From NCBI GenBank assembly GCA_038087875.1, contig CM075990.1, positions 15,996,001 through 16,060,000 on the forward strand: a stretch of DNA of 64,000 nucleotides, in the 5' to 3' direction. The first letter of the stretch is position 1; every line of letters begins with the position of its first letter. The position numbers and the translations under genes were made by a program. Positions 14,001-26,571 of the stretch are shown piece after piece. The stretch is from Malacoraja senta (lineage: Eukaryota). The notes below the pieces were generated by a model that did not search any database, was not told the origin of the DNA, and saw only the letters and a program-made list of their open reading frames with translations.

Positions 14001-14693
14001 CTGTGAAAGAGAAAATCTAGTTTATGAAAACAGCAAATATTTCATATAAAAGACAACCTTTGCACTGTATCCAAAATCTCACTTGGTACACTAAAATATT
14101 GAGAATATAATTACTGCATTATACATGATGGTGATCTTATGTACATCAGCCCCATCTTGACCTTTAATTGGTTGAATTTCCTCAAGAAAAGTATGATGAG
14201 AGTACTTTTCCAAAGACTTTTCCATAACTTTTCCATACTTAAATGCTGCAATCCCCAAAAGGCCTTACAACTATACAGCTCTAACACTGATTTTAACATT
14301 ATCAATTTACTGTCTGCCTTATATATAAGTTCCTCTATTCTGACCTAATGTTTTCAGAACATAAATGATATCCAAATACATGGGCCATGGGCAAATAGGA
14401 TAGCAACTTGTTTGGCATGGACAAGTTGGGCCAAGGGGCCAGTTCGCATGCTGTACAACTCTAAGAATCTGTGCAGGTACTGGTGGCTTAAGCAGCCAAA
14501 TGGCCTAATTCTGCCCCAATCAATTGCTCAATGTGTCAACCTGCCTTACCCTAATTTAGAGGTACGTCTAACCTTCAGAGCAGCATTACTGAGATTGGAA
14601 ATTGTGTGAAATAAGGGCAGTGAACATGCCCCTACTTCTGCCATAGTGCACTGCAGTTCTGGCATTCAAAGTTTGTAAATTCAGATTACTGAC

Positions 14694-14797
14694 TGTAATG
14701 AGTCTGTCTCCCACTGTTAACGATCCTTCTCGAGCAGCAGAGCTGCCAGAGGAAACGGTAGCTACATATACTCCTGTCTCCAAACTGATTCCAATGT
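14694..14797 (-). CDS. DLG5: DLG5 exon, PDZ2 first half DIGISLETGVYVATVSSGSSAAREGSLTVGDRLIT
   Basis: ttgcag|ACATTGG...ATTACA|gtcagt; 104 bp, phase 1-0. Confidence 0.93.
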
Positions 14798-15690
14798 CTG
14801 CAAAGAAAGAAATACATACGATTAGCATGGGCTGGTTAAACATCTTTCATTCAAACATCAAAATAAACTTTTACACATTAAACACGACAACATGCTGTTA
14901 CGTTTCACTTATTAAGGCAGCTAAGTGCTTATATATTTCAAACATCTCAAGCTTTAGCTTTTGAGGGCCAGTCGGTAGATTATATGGTACCTTTTAGAGC
15001 TCAGAAAATATGACAATGTTCCCTTTAATTCCTTAATTGGAATTACATTCCTACACAGGTTCTAGGCAAAGTTATAGGTACACTGACCAGAAATATCCAG
15101 CACTCAAAAAAGCCCTTCCCAAATAGCCAAGTAATACACTTCAAATGGAAGAAAGCAGCAGCATGAAACAAAGTGTGAATAAGAGTCATAAGGGATTCAA
15201 AAATCAGATAATTGCAGAAAAAGAGCACTGCCTCCAAGTCTAGCAGTCTTTCTTAACTAGGGGCAGCACAGTGGCACAGCAGTAGAGTTGTTGCCTTACG
15301 GCACCAGAGACCCGTGTTTGATCCTGACTGCGGGTGCTTATCTGTATGGAGTTTGTACGATCTCCCTGTGACCAGCATGGGGTTTTCTGAGATCTTCGGT
15401 TTCTTCCCGCACTCCAAAGACGTACAGGTTTGTAGGTTAATTTGCTTGGTGCAAATGTAGATTGCTCCCGGTGTACGTAGGCTAAGTGTTAATGTGCGGG
15501 GATCGCTGGTCGGCACGGACTCGAAGGGCCTATTGCCGAGCTGTATCTCTAAACTAAACTAGTATTAAAAAAAAAAAATTCATCGGCTTTATTTATTATG
15601 AACATGAATCGTGTGCAACACGTGTTGTGGTGTCAAATCTGAATTTCCTAAAGGACAAAACTGCTTTGGACACAGGAAAAGTTAAATTAC

Positions 15691-15866
15691 CTTTGTGACC
15701 CACAAGGCTGATATGAACTGGAGTGATAGCTCTACCTCCCAAGGATTTTCTTCTTCGAACAAGCACATTAATGACCCCTCCACCATTCAGTACTGCTTTA
15801 ATTACATGTTTTCTGTCTTTGTTGGTAAGATCGACATCATTTATTCTGAGCAAGCAATCATTCACC
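15691..15866 (-). CDS. DLG5: DLG5 exon, PDZ1 second half VNDCLLRINDVDLTNKD...HISLVGHK
   Basis: ttttag|GGTGAAT...CACAAAG|gtaatt; 176 bp, phase 2-1. Confidence 0.95.
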
Positions 15867-16005
15867 CTAAAACAGAAATTAAAATATATACTTAACAAAG
15901 TCATAAAAGTATATTACACCACTTTCCGTCATGAAAAAAGAAATAACATTTTTACTCTAAATTTTATTTTATTTTTGAAGGAATGGAAAAATTAGCTGGC
16001 TGTAC

Positions 16006-16133
16006 CTTAACCTTCCATCTGCAATACTTCCTTTATCAACCTTAATAACAAATATGCCAGAGTCTCCAGGTAGATAAGGTTCATCAGCTCCTCCTGCTAC
16101 ATCGAAGCCCAGTGCGTTCAAATCCATGTCATC
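16006..16133 (-). CDS. DLG5: DLG5 exon, PDZ1 first half DDMDLNALGFDVAGGADEPYLPGDSGIFVIKVDKGSIADGRLR
   Basis: acatag|GATGAC...GGTTAAG|gtacag; 128 bp, phase 0-2. Confidence 0.95.
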
Positions 16134-16264
16134 CTATGTTGGAAAAAAAAAGTATTCCACACATTGATATTTTTACAGCAGTATACATTTTAGGACAAAA
16201 AGACTCATCATGGCACACAAAACATCCCTTGTTTGTTATGTAGTGTACATCCAAGAAACCTAAG

Positions 16265-17880
16265 GGCAGTAAAGTGGCGCAACTGGTGGAGCTGCTGTCT
16301 CATAGTGCCAGAGAAGCGGGTACGATCCTGACTGGGTGCTGTCTGTGTGGAGTTTGCACGTTTTCGGTGACCTCCTGGCGCTCCGGTTTCCTCCCAGATC
16401 ACAAAGACTTACGGGTTAGATACATAGAAAATAGGTGCACGAGTAGGCCATTCGGCCCTTCGAGCCTGCACCGCCATTCAATATGATCATGGCTGATCAT
16501 CCAACTCAGTATCCCGTACCTGCCTTCTCTCCATACCCCCTGATCCCCTTAGCCACAAGGGCCACATCTAACTCCCTCTTAAATATAGCCAATGAACTGG
16601 CCTCAACTACCCTCTGTGGCAGAGAGTTCCAGAGATTCACCACTCTCTGTGTGAAAAAGTTTTTCCTCATCTCGGTCTTAAAGGATTTCCCCCTTATCCT
16701 TAAGCTGTGACCCCTTGTCCTGGACTTCCCCAACATCAGGAACAATCTTCCTGCATCTAGCCTGTCCAACCCCATAAGAATTTTGTACGTTTCTATAAGA
16801 TCCCCTCTCAATCTCCTAAATTCTAGCGAGTATAAGCCAAGTCTATCCAGTCTTTCTTCATATGAAAGTCCTGACATCCCAGGAATCAGTCTGGTGAACC
16901 TTCTCTGCACTCCTTCTATGGCTATAATGTCCTTCCTCAGATTTGGAGACCAAAACTGTACGCAATACTCCAGGTGTGGTCTCACCAAGACCCTGTACAA
17001 CTGCAGTAGAACCTCCCTGCTCCCATACTCAAATCCTCTTGCTATGAAAGCCAACATACCATTCCGTACCTATAAATACCATTCGCTTTCTTCACTGCCT
17101 GCTGCACCTGCATGCCTACTTTCAATGACTGGTGTACCATGACACCCAGGTCTCGCTGCATCTCCCCATTTCCTAATCGGCCACCATTTAGATAATAGTC
17201 TGCCTTCCCGTTTTTGCCACCAAAGTGGATAACCTCACATTTATCCACATTATACTGCATCTCCCAAACATTTGCCCACTCACCCAGCCTATCCAAGTCA
17301 CCTTGCAGTCTCCTAGCATCCTCCTCACAGCTAACACTGCCCCCCAGCTTAGTGTCATCCGCAAACTTGGAGATGTTGCTTTCAATTCCCTCATCCAGAT
17401 CGTTAATATAAATTGTAAATAGCTGGGGTCCCAGCACTGAGCCTTGCGGTACCCCACTAGTCACTGCCTGCCATTGTGAAAAGGACCCGTTTACTCCTAC
17501 TCTTTGCTTCCTGTTTGCCAGCCAGTTCTCTATCCACATCAATACTGAACCCCCAATACCGTGTGATTTAAGTTTGTATCCTAATCTCTTATGTGGTACC
17601 TTGTCGAAAGCCTTCTGAAAGTCCAGATACAACACATCCACTGGTTCTCTACTAGTTACATCCTCGAAAAATTCTATAAGATTCGTCAGACACGATTTAC
17701 CTTTCGTAAATCCATGCTGACTTTGTTAATCGGCTTCTACAAAATCACCCCTAATTTGTAGGGAGTTGATGAGAAAGTGGAATAACGTAGAACTAGTATG
17801 AATGGGCGATCGATGATCAGCACAGAGTCGGTGGGCCGAAGGGTCTGCTTCCCTGCTGTATCGCTAGGCCAAACCAAACC
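16265..17880 (+). mobile_element. tRNA-derived SINE split by the CR1 insertion (5' half 16265-16419, 3' half ~17725-17880)
   Basis: SINE head (gtggcgcaactggtggagctgctg...gtacgatcctgact) stops at the LINE tail; SINE body resumes (gttaatcggctt...gggccgaagggtctg) at the LINE 5' end. Confidence 0.8.
16420..17725 (-). mobile_element. 5'-truncated CR1-clade LINE (RT C-terminal half plus 3' UTR), young, nested in a SINE
   Basis: LDFQKAFDKVPH, GVPQGSVLGP, KFADDTKL, VRPHLEYCVQFWSP, FFTQRVVNLWNSLP; microsatellite-like 3' tail near 16420-16435. Confidence 0.95.
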
Positions 17881-18628
17881 AGATGCATAAATACTGTGTT
17901 TGGAAGAGATCAGATAATGATCAATTTCCACAAAGTTTTCATTCTTCTGCAAGGAATGTAAAGAGTTAGATGAAACAACCTCCTCTTGTCTGAATTAGTG
18001 GAGCTCCAATGACATCTGCTCAGAAGGACACCATTCTGCTCAAAGCAACTTGCTTGATTAGTAGTGCCCTATGCATTACTCTACATATTCACCGCCTTCA
18101 CCACTGGCTCACTGTGGATTTAGTGTCAGCAGACTGCATTTCAGTTATCTGTCTCAGCCAGTGATTCACTAGTGTTCACACGAGGGACACATTGACAAAA
18201 AGCCTTCGAAGCAAAAACCAAATTAATTAAATTAACACCTTACTTACTATTCCCTAATGATGTAATTTTACAGAGCAACCCTTAACAAAAGCAGAGCTTA
18301 TGTAAAATAAAAATACTTCTGCACAGAAAAACATATAAAATTGAAAAAGCATCAATGCAAGAAAATGTTAAGTGACATTATTACTGTTACACAATACTTA
18401 TTGTGTGGTGCACAACATTATGGCATGTCAATAAGAATTTTACACACATGCACATCCTTCCTCCCTGCCTGCCTATCTCCTCTCTTCCCACCCTCTCCTT
18501 GACAATGTCCTTAAACACTTTCAGGGGTATTCTCTCCCCTCTCTGGCCGTACTTGCCAAGGCTCTCAGCCACAATACGTCTGCACACCTGGCCCTGCAAA
18601 ATAATTTTTCTGAAGTTTAGAAACGTAC

Positions 18629-18761
18629 CCTATCTTTTGGAAATTCAACCACTTCGGTCTCCCATTCGAGGGAATCCGTGTCAATAGCTGAATCGTGGGA
18701 GTTGTGAGCCATCAGTTGCCGAATCCGTGCCTCTTTCTCCAACTGGGTTTCCATCTTTTCC
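18629..18761 (-). CDS. DLG5: DLG5 exon, EKMETQLEKEARIRQLMAHNSHDSAIDTDSLEWETEVVEFPKDR
   Basis: ttcaag|GGAAAAG...GATAGG|gtacgt; 133 bp, phase 2-0. Confidence 0.95.
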
Positions 18762-20476
18762 CTTGAACGAGCGAGAAAAATGAGAAAATCTACTTTAGGA
18801 TTCAGATTCATTCTGTTCTGTAACAAATTAAATCTAACAAATTAGCTCACCTCATCACTCAAAATACCTGCCACTGACCCCAGACTGGCCAAAAACATGC
18901 AATTTCTGTTTGTGTGCTTCTATGTTTATGGATTACAGGTTTCTTCATTTGAAGTATGTGAAATTAGTATAATATCTCCCACTTAGAACTGACCAAAACA
19001 GTACATTAAAAAAATATTGCTTGGAAATGTATAAATTACATGGCAAGAACGGTTAGGGTTTAGTAATATTAATGACAGAAAAACATAACATTTATCAAAT
19101 GATTTTGTTGATTCCTAGTTCCCATTATTCTAGGTTATTGATTATTAAGGGTGTCAGGGGTTATGGGGAGAAAGCAGGCGAATGGAGTTGAGAGGAAAAG
19201 ATAGATCAGCCACGATTGGATGGTGGAGTAAACTCAATGGGCTGAATGGCCTAATTCTGCTCCTAGGACATATGAGCTTATAAGTTCGGGACTTCCGTGT
19301 TTGACTGTGTGTAAAAAACCCAGAATTGCTCCTATTCAAAATTATAATGGTAGCAGCAATTTCTAGTTAAAGCAGAATTAAATATGGATTTAACTAAACG
19401 ATTAGTATAAATTTCCACCGATTCAAATAAATGACAATGAGCATAACTGATGTTGAAATCCGACTATATGTTATTAAGAGTTGAACAGAAACCTTGGAGG
19501 CTCTAAATAATGATCTTCATCCATTAGGAATAGCTGCTACTTTGAGGTAGGCCAAATTTTAAAATGATTTATTTCAATAAATCATAACTCTTAACAGTTC
19601 CACGCTAATGGAACTGCTAATCTGCAACACTTTAAAAACTGACATGCACTACCTTGAAGTTATTTATTTTACAATGCTAGATTCCTTGAAAAGATTACTA
19701 TCGGCAAAAAATAAATTATACAGAATATAAACTTTTCTGAAATTAACCAGAAAAGGTTTCAGTGCAAGATTTTCTGAAAACATTAGGCACTTCTCAAAAA
19801 ATAGTAATATTAAAAGGCTATACTCCCAAGTTGAGACAAAGAGCAGTTCCAATTTAAATTATGGTATACTTTATTTGAAATGGCAGATACATATATTTGT
19901 GCATTAACTACGAAACTGGCAGCATGTCCAACAATCATTTGCCCACAGCTGTGCACCCAACATGTCAAGTGTTAAAGTTTGAAAGCTGCATTATCGATTT
20001 GCAAAGCTGGTCCGTCAGTACATTATCTCTACTGGACAAGCAAACAAATGCATACTTCATAACTCTCAGATGATGGTTATATGAATACGAAAGTAACTGC
20101 AAAATAGCTGAGAGGAAGCTTGGTGCATTTTACAGAATACTACTTTAAGAATGGAGCACAGAAACCAGCCTTCAGCCCACAATATCCATGCCATACATGA
20201 TCCCAAGTTCTGCCTACACATAATCCATATCTCTCCATTCCCCGCACCTATGTACCTCCCTAGAAGCCTCTGAAATGCAATTATTGTATCTGCTTCCCCG
20301 CCTCTAGAAGACAAGAAAAAACCCCATTTAAAACCCTTTTAATAGGTGAGCTTTAGAAAATGCCATCTTCCATGTTTTCCTTTCTCCATCAAAAAAGTTA
20401 ATTTGAGAAATGTGCTTCAATGGAATAGATTTGCAGCGATCAGACCACATTTCAAGGTGCAGACGTTACTACTTAC

Positions 20477-20602
20477 TTCAGTTCCTTAAGTTCACGAACA
20501 GCATCATTCTTTTGTTTCATCATGTCATCGAGATCGCGAAGAGCTTCAGCCAGATCACTCACAGCTCTATCTCTTTCTCGTCGCAAATTATCACATAATG
20601 TT
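20477..20602 (-). CDS. DLG5: DLG5 exon, TLCDNLRRERDRAVSDLAEALRDLDDMMKQKNDAVRELKELK
   Basis: ttgtag|AACATTA...GAACTGAA|gtaagt; 126 bp, phase 2-2. Confidence 0.95.
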
Positions 20603-20688
20603 CTACAACAATACAAAAATATATACTCATTCTGATTGAACTAAACCAAAGCTGAAGAATACAAAACATTTTCCATAACACAGGAACA

Positions 20689-20742
20689 GGGGTGGAAGAT
20701 TGCAACCTTCACGTGGTCCGCCCTGTTTCGACTAATGCAATC
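20689..20742 (+). ncRNA. Minimal HDV/CPEB3-like self-cleaving ribozyme fold (P4-less)
   Basis: P1 GGGGTGG/CCGCCCT (G1-U wobble), P2 GATTGCA/TGCAATC, P3 ACC/GGT, L3 TTCACGT, GT, short TTCGA in place of P4, J4/2 CTAA with candidate catalytic C at 20732. Confidence 0.85.
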
Positions 20743-20827
20743 AACTCGACGTGCACAAACGGAAGATCAAATAGAACAAGTTTTCCAACAACTTTAGGCT
20801 GTGCACGCCACATGAAAGAAGAAGAAG
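20689..20827 (+). mobile_element. Short non-autonomous retroposon with ribozyme head and (AAG)n tail (Vingi/Ingi- or RTE-dependent type)
   Basis: Perfect 12-bp TSD AACACAGGAACA (20677-20688 / 20828-20839); GAAGAAGAAG tail; internal stem CGTGCACA/TGTGCACG. Confidence 0.85.
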
Positions 20828-22502
20828 AACACAGGAACAAGCAATCCTTGGAGTGGAGGATTCACTTGCAAGTCTTGTGAATAACACTTTTTTTTTTTAA
20901 CTGGTTGGTGTCAAAGACTGGTGCAGTAACTCATTTTAATATCATTCTATTATTTTTTCGATAATATTTTGGGTTAATACTCAAAAGTGCAATTAAGGAT
21001 GTGCAGGACCAGAGGCATTATTGTGAGGCAATGCCATTATGATGAGGCAGCTTGAAGATAGCAAAATCTGGATGGTGGCACAATCAATAAGCAATAACAA
21101 AATCATGCAAATATTATAGTTCTGATACAGCGCGCTGCAGGAACAGAAAAGGAAGTGAGTTTAGGGAAACAACCCTAGAGAAACTTTGGGAAAACAAGAC
21201 TTACAATGTTAAATGTGTAGGAAGGAACTGCAGATGCTGGTTTAAACCGAAGATAGACACAAAAAGCTAGAATAACTCAGCGGGACAGGCAGCAACTCTG
21301 GAGAGAAGGAATGGGTGACGTTTCGGGTCGAGACCTTCAGACCCGACCCGTTTCGACCCGAAATGTCACCCATTCCTTCTCTCCAGAGATGCTGTTTGTC
21401 CCGCTGAGTTACTCAAGCATTTTGTGTCTATCTTTAGTTTTACTCTAACACGTGTTTCCATAACACAAATTGAATATAACAAGTGATAAATTGAGGAACA
21501 TCATTAGCATTATGCAGACCAACATAATGTAACATCGGGAAAATTTACTTTGGAAATTCACAAGCAGAAAATAAACACTATCTTGGATTTAAAAAAATGT
21601 CGGGGCCAAAAACCCTGCTTCCATATAGACTTTTGATGTCATCTAATTAGTCTAGCGGACCTGTCAAGTGATGTGTAAATGGAAGAAGATGATGACCTTT
21701 AGAAAGGAGATGAGGAGGAATTTCTTTAGTCAGAGGGTGGTGAATTTGTGGAATTCATTGCCACAGATGGCTGTATTGGCCAAGTCAGTGGATATTTTTC
21801 AGGCGGAGATTGACAGATTCTTGATTAGTGTGGGTCAGGGGTTATGGGGAGAAGGCAGGAGAACTTGGTTGAGAGGGAAAGATAGATTAGGCATGATTGA
21901 ATGGCGGAGTAGACTTGTTGAACCGAATAGCCTAATTCTGCTCCTATAAATTATGAACTTAGGACAGTTGTAGAGGAAAATAATATGTTTGAACTCTGAA
22001 CTGAAATAAAAGATGCATGTGAAAATCAACTGAACGGCTAGCATCCATGATGAGAGAAAACTGAGTTTATTGTCACAGGTCTGTGACCTTGGCTAAGAAA
22101 TATTCAGTTCTGATACATAAAGGCTTGTTTTTTTTTAAATGGTTGAAATTAATATTGGATTTCAACAGTTGCAACTTGCATGGACGGATGGTAAAAATAA
22201 TTTTATCACCAGGAGAGAGGTGTCTCTACCTTTCACCCTTTTGCTCTCTGTAACTTAAAGCACATTTGCTTTCTCACTCTCCCAATTCTGATGAAGGGTC
22301 ATTGCCCTAAAACATTGACAGTGCCCCTCTCCAAAGCTGATGTCTGACCTACTCAGTAATTCCAACCTTCTCTATTTCTATTGCCACTGGAAACTATGCC
22401 AAGGATGTATTATTATCACTAGAATGAAAGGAAGCACTGAACTGTGTACTGAGGCTTAATCAGCATAATTTGTGGCATTAAAGGACTATGTGAGCATCTT
22501 AC

Positions 22503-22688
22503 CGTATGCTTTCTCTTTCTGCAACTATTTTATCTCGTTCTTGGAATGCCCAGTCCCGCCTGCGTTTAGCCACTTCTGCCTCCTGTATGCCTTCCTTTAG
22601 TTCCTGGGACATGGCTTCACACTGCTTCCGTAGCATCTCGATTTCCTTAACCGGCCCTTTCCATGTCCAATGTCGCCGAGTCTTGCTT
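22503..22688 (-). CDS. DLG5: DLG5 exon, KQDSATLDMERA/[+1 nt]/KEIEMLRKQCEAMSQELKE...AERESIR; apparent frameshift
   Basis: ttacag|AAGCAAGAC...AGCATACG|gtaaga; 186 bp where the flanking phases (0-2) require 185; in-frame TAA at 22647-22649. Confidence 0.9.
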
Positions 22689-25684
22689 CTGTAATTCAAA
22701 CACTAAACAATTTGTGCTGCTTTGCAAATTTTACTGGTGATTTAAATTCTACCATAAACAAATCATTACACAAATGCACTTAAAAAGACCATTTTCTGCA
22801 CAAAACAATAGTTAGAAGCAACAAAGGTTTTGTTTTATAATAGAAATTGCTGATTTTAAATGATTTGCAAAACTGGAGTGACTGCTTTCAGAGGTTAATG
22901 TTGTAACTTATTTGGAATTATCTCAAGAAACAGAAAATAATAGATTGACATTTAAACAGATGCCCGTCACAACTTCAGGGATCTAACAGGGCTTCATATC
23001 TTTGTCGAGAAACAAGTGTTAAGTGCTCCAGCACAGAAACAACTTTATGTGTAGATGGTGTAATGAAAAAAGGAACAAAGATGTCAATTAGAATTTGTAT
23101 TGATTATGAAAAATAACCAGACCCACAATGTTTATAGTTAGATTTCTAGCTTATATTTCTAAATTTATAGAAATATCATAGTTAATTTTGTTCTCCCCAT
23201 GTAGTTAGTCCTCTTTAGATGTCTCATTTTTCAGAAGTAAAATGCTGCTGAAAAAAATGAGATAAATAGAAGAATATTGATATAAATCATATGTCATTCC
23301 GTGGGAAAATTTTCCAACTCACTGAATAACCTTGGAGACAAGCGAAAAAAAAGCCTATTGCCACCAGTATTTTACAACTGTAATGACAGAACTCTGCAAA
23401 ATGCTTCTGTCTAAATACATGTTGCACTTGCAAACTACGCCACTTCACGATACAAGCAAAATAAGAGCTCTCATTAAAAATTAAACAAAAATGCAGGGAA
23501 TAATTCAGCGGGTCAGGCAGCATCCCTTGCTCGTGTTCTGTCAGGCAGCATCCCTACAGAACTAGGATCAATTATGTTTCGTGTTGAGACCCTATTTCAG
23601 ACTGACTGAAAAAGAGGTCCCGACCCGAAATGTCACCTATCAACGTTTTCCAGTGATGTTGCCTGACGTGCTGAATTACTCCAGCACTGTGTCTTTTTTT
23701 GTAAACCAGCATCTGCAGCTCCTTGTTTCTACAAGTGATCTCATAATCCAAGGAGGATCAAATAGAGCATATAGGTTCGTGTTAATAAAGACCAAATTGT
23801 GAAACATTAATAGTTGTAAATTTGTAAAAGTCCAACATGCCTTGCACAACAATATTGGTTTTTGCTTACAATTATTTAAACCTGAATGCCTGCAACAGTT
23901 GAGGTGTTACTTAAGCAAGCAGCGGCTGAAAAAAAGTTGTTTTTACTTTAGCATTTCTTTTAGCCCACCACGGAGATGAAGGAGGTTCAGACGCAACAAC
24001 TTCTTCCTAACATCACCATTCCTGAAAGGATTCCAAGATATAAAAGTACTTGCTATCATCACTCATCGGAGATCGAGCAAGACACAGACTTTAAAAAGCT
24101 TAGTGCCAGGGAAAAAAAACCATTCACTTGTCTAGACAGAGGCAAAGTTGAAAACAGTTTAAAAAAAAGATGCTGTTATTTTCAACCAGTGCATTATACA
24201 AGTGACAGGATTCGACATATGGGAAAACAACATTAGAAAGATGTTGGAAGGAACTGCAGATGCTGGTTTAAACCGAAGAAAGACACAAAATACTGGACAC
24301 AGCAGTATGAAGAAGGGTCTCGACCCAAAACGTCACCCATTCTTTCTCTCCAGAGATGCTGCCTGTTACTCCAGCATTTTGTGTCTATCTTCATTTGAAA
24401 GATGATACCTGTCCTCAATAGCTGGTGTCTCAGCTATTGACCTTAGATGTTGAAATCCCAGATGAAATAAAGGCCAAGCCCTCGTATCCTGTACAGTTCT
24501 GGGGGGCACTGAAGTTTTGGAGAAGCACTGGAATGTGTAAAGCCATGGATGAAGAATTACAATGCATGACAAAGTGGAGGGGCTGGGAATGTTAATTTTT
24601 GAGCTGATTAAAAATAAGCACAAATTTATATTTATCAAGGATTTAAATACTAAGAAAAGGTTTCCCAATGGATAGAAGCTCAATATTATTGTAATTTAAT
24701 AAAAAATTTCGAAATAACAGAAAATACTGCACTCAGGCAACATCTGCAGAAAGAAAAAAATAATAATGTTTCAGGCTGAAGAGCCTTCATTAGCATTGGG
24801 AGATGAGAAAACATTTTAGCTTTAACTTGCAGAGACGGTCGGAGAGATAGATAGATAGGACAAAGGGAATGTTTAAGAAGGAACTGCTGATGCTGGAAAA
24901 TCGAAGGTAGACAAAAATGCTGGAGAAACTCAGTGGGTGAGACAGCAGCGAATGAAATAGGCAACGTTTCGGGTCGAGACCCTTCTTCAGTCTGAAGTCC
25001 CTTCTTCAGTCCCTTCTTCATAGATGCTGCCTCACCCGCTGAGTTACTCCAGCATTTTTGTCTACCTAGGACAAAGGGAACATCGTTGATGGGGTGAGGC
25101 CAGAGCTGCCAAGGTGATCACATTACTTGCAAAACTATATTAATAGATTAGTGAGATGAGTGTGAAAGATATAGAAAACAAACATGCTAAAGTTGTGAAA
25201 TGCTGGTCAAACATGAAATCAAAAACCAAAAGGAGAATTCTAGAACTTCCTAGATCAAGCAATGTCCGTGGAGACCAAAAATCGGAGTTAGCATTACAGT
25301 TCGATAACTGCACAGCAGAAATGGACAATTAAATAAATATCTGCGCAATGGTTAAATCCATTAGAGTTTTTAAGGTTGCAAAGTGCTTGGACAGAAGAAA
25401 AAGGTATTGTTCACGTTTACTCTGGGTTTCACTGGAACAGTGTAAGTAAGACTTCACAGACACTACCTGATCTGCTGGGCAGCTCCAGAATTCGCCTTTC
25501 AGTTCCAGGCTTCCACAACAGGTCTGATCTGCATTTCACAGCTTTTATGCGCCTTTTTTTCTTTAACTGCTCTCATTAATCTATGGCACCATAAATGTCA
25601 GCAACTTCGACTTTTTCATAAGAATTTTTCCTTTTTATCAAAGCCATCACTTTCCCACTTTCTCTGCAACTTATAACCAACTAT

Positions 25685-26571
25685 CGGTGGGCGGCGCGAC
25701 TCTCGTTTGCAGCGGCCTCTGCAGTCCGTCTGTCTTTTTATTATTTTTGTCTCATTTTTATGTAGTTTTTTATTTATTTTTTTGTCGGGGTATGTGTGTG
25801 GGGGGGGGGGGGTGGGGTGGGGGGGGGGAAACTTTGAAATCTTTCCCCTGCACGGGAGACCCGACCTTTTTTTTGTCGGGTGTCCGTTGTCGTTGGGGCT
25901 GGGCAACGTGGAGCGGCCTCCAGCAGGAACGACCTGGGGCTCCAGTTGCGGAGCTGCGGACTACTCACCATCGCGGGGCTGGCCGAGTCCGGAGCGGGTG
26001 GAGCTGTGGTGGAGACAATCGCTGCTGCTACCCGACCTCCGGAGATTCGGAGGCTACAACCGCGGGTCTGGCGGACGGCAACACCGGAAGCCCCGCGGGT
26101 CCCCTGGTGGGAGACCGCTTTTCGGGGCTTCCGCAGCGGCGACTTCTCCCGCCCGAGTTGCAGGGTTGAAGAGCACCTGGAGCGGGGCTTTACATCACCG
26201 CCCCGCGCGGCTTGGAATGGCCGCCGGACTTTGCGAGCGCGCGTCGGGGCTCTAACACCAAGACCCGGTGCGCGACCTTGCATTACCCGGCGTGGCTTTA
26301 ATGGCCGCGGGATAATCACCATCGCCCGCCGGGGGCTTTGACTTTGACATGGGGGGGGGGGGGGGGGAGTGCAGTGGAGAGATACGTTTTTTTTTGCCTT
26401 CCATCACAGCGCTGTGATGGATGTATGTGTAAATTGTGTTGTGTCTCGGGTCTTCTTCGTTTTGTGATGTATGGCTGCAGAAACGACATTTCGTTTGGAC
26501 CTCAAGGGGTCCAAATGACAAATTTGTCCAACAGACAAATAAACAAATTGTAATTGTAATTGTAAATTGTA
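25685..26571 (+). mobile_element. GC/CpG-rich non-coding retroposon-like insertion with 3' hairpin and (ATTGTA)n tail
   Basis: Abrupt GC shift, G-runs, hairpin TTGGACC-TCAAGG-GGTCCAA, AATAAA and AATTGT repeat tail. Confidence 0.7.

Noticed and set aside
22499-22699. ORF-track peptide MNYRSKTRRHWTWKGPVKEIEM as the true exon start
   Set aside because: The conserved KQDSATLDMERA lies in the other frame right after the AG acceptor; the ORF start is an effect of the +1 indel
25616-26553. Overlapping 150-180 aa ORFs on both strands
   Set aside because: By-product of high GC in a repeat; no domain motifs or splice context
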